This document shows, one piece after another, positions 23,423 through 32,455 of a DNA stretch of 55,017 bases (within the stretch, counting starts at the first letter, position 1; each line of letters begins with the position of its first letter). The notes under the pieces are model-generated. The model had not been told where the DNA came from. It ran no database searches and worked only from the letters and a program-made list of their open reading frames with translations. The stretch covers positions 1 through 55,017 of the forward strand of contig JAYEMF010000027.1 in NCBI GenBank assembly GCA_034717975.1. The letters run 5' to 3'. Both the position numbers and the translations under genes were made by a program. Origin of the DNA: Campylobacterota bacterium (GTDB lineage Bacteria; Campylobacterota; Campylobacteria; Campylobacterales; Sulfurimonadaceae).

Positions 23423-24151
23423 ATGAAAATAGCAATTATGGGAGCGATGACCGACGAGGTTGAGCCGTTTTTAAATCTTGGAGAGCATGAACCGCTTCTT
23501 AAATATTTTAAAAAACATAATGATATTTCCTATGGAGGCAATCTCTATCACGAAGCCAACTATAAAGGGCTGGAAATCGTTTTGGCATACAGCAAGATCG
23601 GCAAAGTCAATGCGGCACTGACTGCGGCAACGATGATTGAGAAGTTCGGGGCTGAACAACTGCTCTTTACCGGTGTGGCCGGTGCCGTCAACCCGGAGCT
23701 GAAGATTGGTGACTTGGTAGCGGCGACGCAGCTTTGCCAGCATGACCTGGACATCACCTCGTTCGGGCATCCCCACGGCTATGTGCCTGAAGGGAAAGTC
23801 TATGTCGAACCTTCCCGTGAACTTCTGCATATGGCCCAAAGTGTCGCCGATGAGAAAGGGATAGTTCTCAAAGGCGGGATTGTTGCCACCGGCGATCAGT
23901 TTATTGACGATCCTGAACGTAAGGAGTGGATCAAAAATACATTCGAAGCGGATGCCATTGAGATGGAGGGAGCAGCGGTTGCAGTAGTCTGTGATGCATT
24001 AAATGTGCCGTTTTTTGTACTGCGTGCCATCAGTGATGCCGCCGATGCGGATGCAACCTTTGATTTCGAAGAATTTTTGAAACACTCGTCTCAAGTCAGC
24101 AGCAGTTTTGTTCTGGCCATGCTCGATAAAATTGCTGATGGTCAAGCTTAG
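23423..24151 (+). CDS. mtnN: 5'-methylthioadenosine/S-adenosylhomocysteine nucleosidase (ATG 23423)
   Basis: MKIAIMGAM, IGKVNAA, TGDQF, IEMEGAA, RAISD; SD AAGGA. Confidence 0.95.
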   Translation: MKIAIMGAMTDEVEPFLNLGEHEPLLKYFKKHNDISYGGNLYHEANYKGLEIVLAYSKIGKVNAALTAATMIEKFGAEQLLFTGVAGAVNPELKIGDLVAATQLCQHDLDITSFGHPHGYVPEGKVYVEPSRELLHMAQSVADEKGIVLKGGIVATGDQFIDDPERKEWIKNTFEADAIEMEGAAVAVVCDALNVPFFVLRAISDAADADATFDFEEFLKHSSQVSSSFVLAMLDKIADGQA

Positions 24152-24893
24152 CAAAAAGATCATGCGCCAGCTTGGGCGTACCAATGCCGCATTTGACCTG
24201 ATTGAAGAGGGGGACAAGGTCCTTGTCGGCCTGAGCGGGGGAAAAGACTCCCTGACGATGCTTCATGCCATGAAAGAGCAGCAGCGGCGTGCTCCGTTTG
24301 ATTTTGACATCCTTGCCGTGACGGTGGGTTACGGTATGGGAGAAAATTTTGACCATCTCACTGCACACTGCAAGGCACACGGTATTGAGCATATTGTCTA
24401 TGAGACGAATACCTATGAAGTCGCAAAGGAAAAGATCCGCAAAAACTCTTCCTTTTGCAGTTTTTTTTCCCGGATGCGCCGGGGGTACCTCTATACGGCG
24501 GCTTTGGAACACGGCTGTAACAAAGTGGCACTTGGACATCATCTGGATGATGCGGCCGAGAGCTTCTTCATGAACCTTACCTACAACGGCCATCTTCGTT
24601 CGCTGGCACCGAAATACAGAGCGGAAAATGGCCTGATCATCATCCGGCCGCTGATTCAGCTGCGCGAGCGCCAGCTTGCTGCCTGCGCCGTTGAGAATGA
24701 GTGGCAGACTATCGGTGACGAAGCATGTCCGGCGATGCGTTTCGACGTCAAGATGCCTCATGCCCGTGCCGAAATGAAAAGTATGCTGGCTGATATGGAG
24801 AAGAAGTACCCTGATATTTTTACCTCGATAAATGCCGCTTTCGGGCATATCTCTGAAGATAGTTTTTTTGACCCCGAACGATTCTCTCTTTAG
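24138..24893 (+). CDS. ttcA: tRNA 2-thiocytidine biosynthesis TtcA family protein (ATG 24138)
   Basis: SGGKDS PP-loop; FCSFFSRMRRG; ALGHHLDD. Confidence 0.88.
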   Translation: MVKLSKKIMRQLGRTNAAFDLIEEGDKVLVGLSGGKDSLTMLHAMKEQQRRAPFDFDILAVTVGYGMGENFDHLTAHCKAHGIEHIVYETNTYEVAKEKIRKNSSFCSFFSRMRRGYLYTAALEHGCNKVALGHHLDDAAESFFMNLTYNGHLRSLAPKYRAENGLIIIRPLIQLRERQLAACAVENEWQTIGDEACPAMRFDVKMPHARAEMKSMLADMEKKYPDIFTSINAAFGHISEDSFFDPERFSL

Positions 24894-24984
24894 AGGTGCC
24901 CTTTAATTTATCTGAAATCTCTTAGCTGCGTCAAGCAGCTTAATTACACCTATGTATAATTCGCAAAAAGATACTGGAACAGTA

Positions 24985-25329
24985 ATGAGTATTAACGTTT
25001 TTCCCGATAAAGAGATGCTGGAGAATTCGTCGATGACTATCGTCGATATTCGTACGAAAGCGGAGTGGAGGCAGACCGGTATTGTTCCGGATGCAAAGTG
25101 CATTACCTTCTTTGATAGTTCCGGAAATTATGATGCTGAAAGCTTTTTGAAAGCGATGGACGAGTTGGGAGGCAAGGATGCTGAGATCGGTCTGATCTGC
25201 CGTACAGGAAACCGTACTCACCAGATCGCGATGTTTATGTACAACCAAGGCTATACGAAGGTGAAGAACCTTGATGGCGGTGTGATGAAACTAATGGCAG
25301 AGGGGTATCAGCTTACACCTTATCAGTGA
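24985..25329 (+). CDS. Rhodanese-like domain protein (ORF open from 24952)
   Basis: VDIRT..EW; ICRTGNR; NLDGG; TATAAT at 24955-24960 favours the 24985 start. Confidence 0.88.
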   Translation: MSINVFPDKEMLENSSMTIVDIRTKAEWRQTGIVPDAKCITFFDSSGNYDAESFLKAMDELGGKDAEIGLICRTGNRTHQIAMFMYNQGYTKVKNLDGGVMKLMAEGYQLTPYQ

Positions 25330-25457
25330 GTACTGATATATCCCTGCTCATGTTCTTCCTGGTGTGCCTCTGAAGGCTGATCTGTTACCGGAACAGCTTT
25401 CTCTTCACATCCGAGAAAGAGAAGAACAGTGAAGAGGCTTCCGGCTATCTTCAGCAT
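25323..25457 (-). CDS. Small 44-aa putative lipoprotein (not in ORF track)
   Basis: MLKIAGSLFTVLLFLGCEEKAVP...; lipobox FLGC; starts 3 nt after the upstream stop. Confidence 0.6.
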   Translation of the reverse strand: MLKIAGSLFTVLLFLGCEEKAVPVTDQPSEAHQEEHEQGYISTH

Positions 25458-25460
25458 AAA

Positions 25461-25898
25461 CTATCTCTCATAATCTTTCTTGGTCTGGGCCAAAAACTCC
25501 AGCATACGCTGTTGGTATAGATGGGTCTCTTCATCATTGTTACAGGCTAAAATAGGTTTGAGCTGTGAAATGTCGATTTTTTTATAATAGCGTGGAATCA
25601 CCTTTAGCTCTTTGACGATTTTGTGGACGAGGATATCAATATCCAGGCCATTGTCATCACGCACTTTTTGCACATACTCTTTAGTTGTCAGAGTCAGTGA
25701 GTTGGCACGGTCTTTATCATTATAAATGGTCATGCCCGCTTCGGTGACAATTTCAAATTCAAATTCACCGGCATTTTCATTTGCAGCGATAATAAGGGCG
25801 AACATACTGGCACGGAACTCCAGTGAACTGTGATGATAGATAAAAAGTTCACGAAACGCATTAAAAAAATGGTTTTTCAATTTGGCTGCTAATCCCAT
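25461..25898 (-). CDS. Hypothetical protein (possibly TerB/DjlA-like helical fold)
   Basis: 145-aa ORF with SD AGGA; fold guess is weak. Confidence 0.65.
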   Translation of the reverse strand: MGLAAKLKNHFFNAFRELFIYHHSSLEFRASMFALIIAANENAGEFEFEIVTEAGMTIYNDKDRANSLTLTTKEYVQKVRDDNGLDIDILVHKIVKELKVIPRYYKKIDISQLKPILACNNDEETHLYQQRMLEFLAQTKKDYER

Positions 25899-25947
25899 GA
25901 GTAATCCTGTCCCTTAAATCATGCTATTATACCGCAAAAGGAATACC

Positions 25948-26853
25948 ATGCACTATCTTTTACTGATTTTAACACCGCTTCTTTTTCTGATAAGCGGCTG
26001 TTCAAAAGCACCTGAACCACTGCAGCATAAAGAGATATGTCAAAGCGACATCTATGCGATGCGAAGTGCAGAATGCATTGATATGGAGAGATTGCTAGAA
26101 AAGATTGAACCCTATCAGATTATCTTTGTCGGTGATCATCATGACAGTAGCGAATCCCACGCTTTTACAGCAGGGCTGATAGGAGAACTGGATCAAAAAG
26201 GCTACCGGATTCATTTGGCGAATGAGTGGTTTAGCCCTGAGGACAATGCGCTGCTGTCCGAGTATGCCGATAAAAAGTTCAATGACGGCAACTTCACCAA
26301 AAAAATAGCGTGGAAAAAAAAGGCTGGCTATGATTTTGAACTCTTTGCACCAATCTATCATGCTGTGCAGGAGGCTGATGGAGAGCTCTACGGCATCAAT
26401 CTGAGCAAAGCCTTTCAAAAACGCATCTCCGATCAGAATATTTCAGGGATGAGTGAGAGTGAAAAAGTCTTTTATGATACTCTTGACCTGAATGTTTCTG
26501 CCCATCAGCAGATGCTCTCTCCCTTTTTCTCACACTGCCATAGGCTGAAAAAAGTTGAGACGCAAGAGGCGTGTCAGGGACGGATGAACCGTGTTCAAGT
26601 TGCCTGGGATACGATGATGGCAAGGGAGAGTGCTGTACTGGCCGATACGGTGCTGAAAACGAAAAAAGACAAACTGATCGTATTTGCAGGTTCGATGCAT
26701 CTGGCTTACAGCCTTGGCGTTAATCTTCGTTTTGGCAGGTATTCTGATCTGCCCTATGTGACAATCTTGCCAGAGGTACGAAGTGATAGTGGTATGGAGC
26801 ATGGTCTGGCCGATTATCTCTTTCTCTATAGCTCTAAACAGCCGGACGAGTGA
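25948..26853 (+). CDS. ChaN family lipoprotein (heme/iron uptake-like)
   Basis: Lipobox ISGC; IIFVGDHHD, ANEWF, WDTMMA, AGSMH. Confidence 0.85.
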   Translation: MHYLLLILTPLLFLISGCSKAPEPLQHKEICQSDIYAMRSAECIDMERLLEKIEPYQIIFVGDHHDSSESHAFTAGLIGELDQKGYRIHLANEWFSPEDNALLSEYADKKFNDGNFTKKIAWKKKAGYDFELFAPIYHAVQEADGELYGINLSKAFQKRISDQNISGMSESEKVFYDTLDLNVSAHQQMLSPFFSHCHRLKKVETQEACQGRMNRVQVAWDTMMARESAVLADTVLKTKKDKLIVFAGSMHLAYSLGVNLRFGRYSDLPYVTILPEVRSDSGMEHGLADYLFLYSSKQPDE

Positions 26854-26993
26854 TCAGGTAGCCGCCCAGCAGCATCAAAATTTCGCCTTCACGCTCTTTG
26901 GTCACCTTCTGATCCTCATCCTAATATGAAGGGATTGTAGCATAAGAAAAAACAGTGCTATTACAGTAGAGTTCTTTCAAAACTCTATTTTGA

Positions 26994-27088
26994 ACGCCAA
27001 ACGAGCAAAGCCCGCTTGGCTACGCTAGCCGCTACATCCAGTGCTGACCAATGGCACTGAACACACGTGGCACTAAAGTCTGCCTCTA
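26994..27088. repeat. Structured intergenic repeat, copy 2
   Basis: GCCAAACGAGC-AAA-GCCCGCTTGGC-TACGCTAGCCGCTA, then CAGTGC..GCACTG hairpin. Confidence 0.65.
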
Positions 27089-28048
27089 TAGAGGCAGAGA
27101 GTTCTCAAGCAACTTGATAGCTTTATGATCAGCACCGCTTAATGCCAGTGTCTGGATCTCTTCTAACGTAAACCATTCATGCTTTTCAATAGCTCCCTGA
27201 TGTAGATAGACATCGGCTTCGAGTCTAAAATGCGAATAGGTTTGGGTGATATTTCCTAACTTTTTGGTTGAGTTGAGAGGCTCATTACTTTCATATTCGC
27301 TAAATCCCCATAATCCATGTAAAAACCGGCTTCGGCGCTGCTGCATGGCATAACGTCCATTTTGGTGATGGATAATGATCTTTTTTTGACGTATCGGTAC
27401 CGCTTTTCTCTGTTTTTTTTCCGGATAAGCCAGCGGATCGTTTTTGCCCAGACAGATACTTTCAAAAGGGCAGAGAGTGCATTGGGGTGATCTGGCACTG
27501 CAGATCATCGCTCCCAGGTCCATCATAGCCTGATTGTAGTCATAGGGGTGCTCCCTATCAAAGAGTTCGTAAGCGTACTCCCATAACGCTTTGTCAGTTG
27601 TTTTTCTGATCCCAAAGATGCGGTATAGAATCCGCTTGACATTGGCATCCATGATCGGAACAGGGGTGTGGTAGGCAAACACGGCAATGGCATGTGCCGT
27701 ACTTCTGCCAATTCCCGGCAGGGCTTCAAGCTCTTGTACGGTCTGCGGAAGAAGAGGTGCCGCTCTCCTTGCGGCTTTGTGCAGGTTTCTGGCCCGGGTG
27801 TAGTAGCCCAGGCCCTCCCATTTTTTCAGAACATCATCGAGATCGGCATCGGCTAAATCCTGCAGCGCAGGGAAGGTTTCAAGGAAGGGAAAGTAGAACC
27901 GTTCAAGGACAGTTTTTACCTGAGTCTGTTGAAGCATGATCTCACTGATCCAGATATGATAGGGGTCGTCGGTATTGCGCCAGGGAAGACTATGACGGCC
28001 ATGCTTTTTGTACCACTGGTAGAGGAAAATATGCGCTTTCGTAAACAT
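27086..28048 (-). CDS. mutY: A/G-specific adenine glycosylase
   Basis: WISEIMLQQTQV, WEGLGYY, LPGIG HhH, Cx6Cx2Cx5C Fe-S motif. Confidence 0.96.
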   Translation of the reverse strand: MFTKAHIFLYQWYKKHGRHSLPWRNTDDPYHIWISEIMLQQTQVKTVLERFYFPFLETFPALQDLADADLDDVLKKWEGLGYYTRARNLHKAARRAAPLLPQTVQELEALPGIGRSTAHAIAVFAYHTPVPIMDANVKRILYRIFGIRKTTDKALWEYAYELFDREHPYDYNQAMMDLGAMICSARSPQCTLCPFESICLGKNDPLAYPEKKQRKAVPIRQKKIIIHHQNGRYAMQQRRSRFLHGLWGFSEYESNEPLNSTKKLGNITQTYSHFRLEADVYLHQGAIEKHEWFTLEEIQTLALSGADHKAIKLLENSLPL

Positions 28049-28130
28049 AGTGGCATTGTATCAGATACCACGGTTTATTCAGCACATAGCGACTCTTTTT
28101 TATCCATACTATTGGCAAATGAAAAGTGCC

Positions 28131-28406
28131 CTACATTATGCAACTGTCGTAATAGGGAATTTCTGTTTGAGATACTGTCGCATCGAAGTTCTTAGCAGTG
28201 ACAACGTCTAAAACGTATTCATTCTGGATATGAAATTGAAATTCATGTTTTTTATCCAGCGCTCTCAAGGTTATAAAGAGTTCTTGGCTGATCTCTTTTT
28301 CAAAGCAAAGACGTGCCAGCTCCAATTTTTGATCAATATTCAAAACACAAACAAAACTGTTGCACTCTCTTTGCAAACGATCGATCATTTTCAAAAGTGT
28401 TTTCAT
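28131..28406 (-). CDS. Hypothetical protein
   Basis: 91-aa ORF coupled (ATGA overlap) to the upstream gene. Confidence 0.55.
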   Translation of the reverse strand: MKTLLKMIDRLQRECNSFVCVLNIDQKLELARLCFEKEISQELFITLRALDKKHEFQFHIQNEYVLDVVTAKNFDATVSQTEIPYYDSCIM

Positions 28407-28744
28407 GATGTTTCACTTATCTCTCTTTGCACTGCATTACATTCAATATGCTGTTCAATAGCTTTAAGAATGCGATAATAGGAATTAATTTTAATATGTC
28501 TATACATTGCCACCGAGATCAAACCTGTAAGAAAGCATAACATCAGCAGAGTAACTATTTTTAAGTCTATAAAAATCCAAATAAAAATGATAGCCGCTGA
28601 CAAAAGCAGGGCAGTTTTTACTGCTATGTCAAATGCTCTGTTCTGATCTACAGAAAAGCTATCGAGCAACTCTATGGGGATCTCTGTCTCTAAACTATCT
28701 ACCAGATTCGATATATCCGGATGGTCGTTGAAAAAGTGATTCAT
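28403..28744 (-). CDS. Hypothetical two-TM membrane protein (ORF open from 28774)
   Basis: Two hydrophobic segments; SD-like AAAGG before ATG 28744. Confidence 0.55.
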   Translation of the reverse strand: MNHFFNDHPDISNLVDSLETEIPIELLDSFSVDQNRAFDIAVKTALLLSAAIIFIWIFIDLKIVTLLMLCFLTGLISVAMYRHIKINSYYRILKAIEQHIECNAVQREISETS

Positions 28745-28981
28745 TTCATTACCTTTGAAAAATAGGAAGAGCACTTTAACCTAAAAGAGTGCAGAAAGAA
28801 TGCAGATTTATAAACCAATAAAAACATATAAAATCCGAAATGATTTAAAATATTGTGATAAAAGTTGATATCTCCATGCCTGTTGGTAAATTTTTGATCT
28901 TCCTATAGCTTGAAAATGTCTAGCAGCGTATGGGGAGGGTGCTTGTGTAGCATCTAATAACAGATTGGCTACACTTCGGGT

Positions 28982-29560
28982 ATGTTTACCGTAATCGAGC
29001 ATACAATAGAGACTCTTGAAATAAAACAATCCAAATTTATCGCCCATCTGATGCCGTACGCACAATTTAAAGAAGTGCTGGAGCAGCTGAAAGCGGAACA
29101 TCCAAAAGCACGCCATTTCGTCACGGCTTTTCGTTATCTGAACGAGTATGGGCAGGTCGTGGAGGGGAGCAGTGACGACGGAGAGCCGAAGGGGACTTCT
29201 GGCAAGCCGACTCTGGCAGTTTTAAAGGGGCATGCGCTCATTAATACGGCGGTGATAACGGTGCGTTATTTTGGCGGGACCAAGCTTGGTACAGGTGGTT
29301 TGGTGCGGGCTTATTCGGATGCTACAAATATGGTTATTGATGCATCAGAAGTGGTTGAATACATCAAAAAGGAATGCTCTGTATTCAGCTGTGACTACAG
29401 TGATATGGGCAAAGTAGATTATCTGCTTGAACAGTGCGGTATTTCGACGATTGAGAAACAGTTTGAACCGACGGAAGTGCAGATGAATATCTCGGCTGCG
29501 GAGGAGCAGTTGGAAAGCTTTTATGAGCAGGCTAAAAGATTGGTTCGTTCTCGATATTAA
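28982..29560 (+). CDS. yigZ: YigZ/IMPACT family protein
   Basis: IKQSKFIA, SDDGEPKGTSG, RYFGGTKLGTGGLVRAY. Confidence 0.94.
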   Translation: MFTVIEHTIETLEIKQSKFIAHLMPYAQFKEVLEQLKAEHPKARHFVTAFRYLNEYGQVVEGSSDDGEPKGTSGKPTLAVLKGHALINTAVITVRYFGGTKLGTGGLVRAYSDATNMVIDASEVVEYIKKECSVFSCDYSDMGKVDYLLEQCGISTIEKQFEPTEVQMNISAAEEQLESFYEQAKRLVRSRY

Positions 29561-29695
29561 ATTTCAGCTTTCGCACATGCCGTCACCCCGGACTTGATCC
29601 GGGGTCCACAGCTGCAAGGTCTTAAACATAAAAACCACTAGATTCCGGGTCAAGCCCGGAATGACAGCCATTTTTCATATGCGAAAGTTGAGTTA
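29561..29695. mobile_element. MITE-like element carrying a CGTC-type REP doublet
   Basis: Outer IR 29564-29579 / 29676-29691 (14 of 16 match); inner CGTCACCCCGGACTTGATCCGGGGTCCA and GATTCCGGGTCAAGCCCGGAATGAC. Confidence 0.75.
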
Positions 29696-29703
29696 AATTA
29701 TTT

Positions 29704-29824
29704 AAACATGACTATTTTGATGGGATGTACAAAGAAGCCGATGATGCTCTATGCGGCAAAAGAGGCAGGTCGCAATCGTGTAATCGGCGGATTGACGACC
29801 CTGGAGATCCAAATACCAGAATAA
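29704..29824 (+). pseudogene. Frameshifted C-terminal remnant of a GGDEF diguanylate cyclase
   Basis: MYKEADDA / frameshift / YAAKEAGRNRV; compare DEMLYAAKHSGRNCV in the intact DGC at 40411. Confidence 0.75.
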
Positions 29825-29828
29825 CCCC

Positions 29829-30668
29829 TTATTGTGTATCGGTTAATGTTTTTGGGGCGTCAATGTGCGCCTCTTCCAGCTCCGGATAGCGAAGTTTTTG
29901 CGTTTCACTTAAAAATGTATGCCCAAGATAGATCACATAAAAGGCCGTGGCAAAGAGAATGGCAAAAGGGATAAGTGATACAAGGTAAAGCATAAATGTT
30001 TTTATGCGAACAGAGTTGGCACTCTTCACGTGAATGAGTGCATACTCCTCTTTGGTTGTAATGGTAGAGGCGACATCGAAGACCATCAGCTTATGAAAAA
30101 AGTAGTAGAAAGGGAGGTTCAAAGCCACAATATTGAGAATGGGTATAAAATAGAAAGGGAGCAGTAAAAAGAGCAGCCCCAGCATGATAAAAAAGCTTTT
30201 GACAAACTGCCAGGCAATGGTGCCAAAGTGTCCATAACCGACAAGTTCGATCTCAGGATAGTGACGCTGCTGGATGACCCTTAAAATCGGCGGTGTCAGA
30301 AAACCGATGACTGCCAGCGCAATGACAACAGAGAGCAGCAGGATAAAGAAACTCCCTACCGTATAGATGAGAAAACTGACCAGCCAGGAGGTGATGGAGT
30401 ACTGCAGCAGAAATTTCAGGATTCCCGAACCAGCGAGATCGGCCGACACCGTTTCGGTATGGGGGTGGCCGTCTCGCATCGTCGTCTGGGACTGCTCGAT
30501 CTGGACCGAGGCATTCTCCAGCTGATCAAGGCCAATATCGGCCAGGATGAAAAAGAGACCATAGAGCAGCACCATTGTGATGATGAATGGGAAGATGGCC
30601 AGTTTGAGGATCGGCGGCGTGAAAAAGTCTCTGATACTGAGTATCAACAGATTACGTTGAGGTGTCAT
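29829..30668 (-). CDS. EI24/CysZ-like membrane protein
   Basis: Multi-TM; family assigned from recall of similar Campylobacterota proteins. Confidence 0.7.
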   Translation of the reverse strand: MTPQRNLLILSIRDFFTPPILKLAIFPFIITMVLLYGLFFILADIGLDQLENASVQIEQSQTTMRDGHPHTETVSADLAGSGILKFLLQYSITSWLVSFLIYTVGSFFILLLSVVIALAVIGFLTPPILRVIQQRHYPEIELVGYGHFGTIAWQFVKSFFIMLGLLFLLLPFYFIPILNIVALNLPFYYFFHKLMVFDVASTITTKEEYALIHVKSANSVRIKTFMLYLVSLIPFAILFATAFYVIYLGHTFLSETQKLRYPELEEAHIDAPKTLTDTQ

Positions 30669-31702
30669 GGTTTTCCTGACTGACTGGAGATAATATGCTC
30701 TTGGGAGTGGAGTGCGTTACTGACTTTTGAGTGTTCATCGGGCAGTTTGCTCCAGAGACGTTCATTGAGCTTGAGGTCTTCGATAACACCGATGGCCAAC
30801 TTGAGTGTTTTGATGTAGCCCATTGCCTGTTTATAGCTTAGCAGGGTACGGTAGACCGAGGGTTCAAAGTTGTCACCGGTCTGGATGGCGATGTAGATCT
30901 GCGTACCGACAAACGAGATGAAGACATTCTCTTTGGAGCGCTTTTTAAACTCTACGAGACGCTGCATCATGGTGTGGGTGAGGATATAGCGTGCTTCGAT
31001 CTGGTCACTGCTATAGACGACAAAATGTTTCTCAAACTCCGGGTCATCCAGCTTCACCAGCGCCTCGCGGCCTACATTTTTTGACTGAAGCCATTTGCCG
31101 ATGAGTGAACCGAAATGTTTTTCTGCCTGATCGGGCAGGACAATGGTTTTACCCTTGAAGTGTTTATTGAATTCGGCGAGAATGAAAAGTCCATTGAAGA
31201 TGGTATGCCAGGTGGTACGCCCTTTGGAGTCTTTAGTCTTGTATTCGGCATGGATATCGGAAAACTTTATAGGGATTCCTTCGACTTTACCTTTGACGAG
31301 GTCGTTACCGCTGAAGCGGTCAACGCGGTGGCGGAAGATCTTGGAGCGTTTGAAGTGGTGCTCTGAGACGTAGCCGCTCTGGGAGTAAGAGAGATTGTCG
31401 TCGATCGCTTCGATCAGCGGCTGGATGATCTTGGACTTGAAATCAACGGTGTAGTCCGAGGTCATGAATTTGTGCAGCATTCCGCCGATGGCAAAAGCGG
31501 CGAAACCGACAAAGATAAGCCTGTCACCGAAGCCGCCGCTGGCATCATAGATGATCATCATGATGATAATGGCGATCAGCGCCAGAATCCCATTGATAAC
31601 GATCAGTTTGCGTTTGATCTTTTCACGCTCACCATCAAGCTGCTTCAGGTCTTCGTAGAGATGATCATAATAGAAGTCGGTCAGTTCGCTGATGGTTTTC
31701 AT
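30665..31702 (-). CDS. DUF3137 family protein
   Basis: Two N-terminal TMs; TIFNGLF, FNKHFKG, LDDPEFEKHFVVYSSDQIEARYIL; follows lemA. Confidence 0.85.
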   Translation of the reverse strand: MKTISELTDFYYDHLYEDLKQLDGEREKIKRKLIVINGILALIAIIIMMIIYDASGGFGDRLIFVGFAAFAIGGMLHKFMTSDYTVDFKSKIIQPLIEAIDDNLSYSQSGYVSEHHFKRSKIFRHRVDRFSGNDLVKGKVEGIPIKFSDIHAEYKTKDSKGRTTWHTIFNGLFILAEFNKHFKGKTIVLPDQAEKHFGSLIGKWLQSKNVGREALVKLDDPEFEKHFVVYSSDQIEARYILTHTMMQRLVEFKKRSKENVFISFVGTQIYIAIQTGDNFEPSVYRTLLSYKQAMGYIKTLKLAIGVIEDLKLNERLWSKLPDEHSKVSNALHSQEHIISSQSGKP

Positions 31703-31713
31703 TTTATTTCCAG

Positions 31714-31790
31714 ACGCCGAAGGAACAAAGTCCCTTCGACTACGCTATCGCTAAGATTGCTTTGGCAGCAGGCCTTCGTGCCATTGCACT
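31714..31790. repeat. Structured intergenic repeat, copy 3
   Basis: GCCGAAGGAAC-AAA-GTCCCTTCGAC-TACGCTATCGCTA plus two small hairpins. Confidence 0.7.
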
Positions 31791-31872
31791 CTTGGGTTTG
31801 ACTTTGACAAACAGCTTTCATTGCTCCAACCTTTAAAAGTACGGCATGCTTTTAGACTTTTCACCTTGGTTG

Positions 31873-32427
31873 CTATTTAAAAAGCTCTTTGACATTGACA
31901 TTCTCGCGTTCGGTATCCGGGATCTCAAAGAGCTGTTTACGTGTCATTTTCATAAAGCCGGCCATGATATTGGTCGGAATCATCTCGATAGCATTGTTGT
32001 AGTCGGTAACAGCCTGGTTGTAGGCACGGCGGGCTGCCGAGATCTGTGCTTCAACCTCATGAAGTGTCCGCTGCAGGTGCATGACATTCTCGTTGGCTTT
32101 AAGATCAGGATAATCTTCAACTGCGACTATGATCGATCCGAGTGCCGAGGTGATCTGCTGATCGAGTGCAATTTTCTGTTCATCGCTGATATTTGGCTTG
32201 GTCGCCTCTGCGCGCAGCTGGGTCACTTTTTCCAGCAGTCCTTTCTCATGTTCCATATATTTTGAGACGGAGGAGACGAGATTTGGGATAAGATCGTAGC
32301 GTTTTTTCAAAACGGCGTCGATACCGGCAAAGATGTTTTCAACTTCATTCTTCTTCCCGATCAGGGAGTTATACATTATGATCAGGATAACGGCAACGAT
32401 ACCTAAAATGATTAACGGCGTGGACAT
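31873..32427 (-). CDS. lemA: LemA family protein
   Basis: LKKRYDLIPNLV, EDYPDLKAN, ARRAYN. Confidence 0.95.
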   Translation of the reverse strand: MSTPLIILGIVAVILIIMYNSLIGKKNEVENIFAGIDAVLKKRYDLIPNLVSSVSKYMEHEKGLLEKVTQLRAEATKPNISDEQKIALDQQITSALGSIIVAVEDYPDLKANENVMHLQRTLHEVEAQISAARRAYNQAVTDYNNAIEMIPTNIMAGFMKMTRKQLFEIPDTERENVNVKELFK

Positions 32428-32455
32428 GAGAATTCCTTTTTGTTGTTGTAGGATT

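Noticed and set aside
24843..24859. GGGCATATCTCTGAAGA as partner TIR of 24889-24902
   Set aside because: Imperfect and within plausible ttcA coding sequence; likely chance
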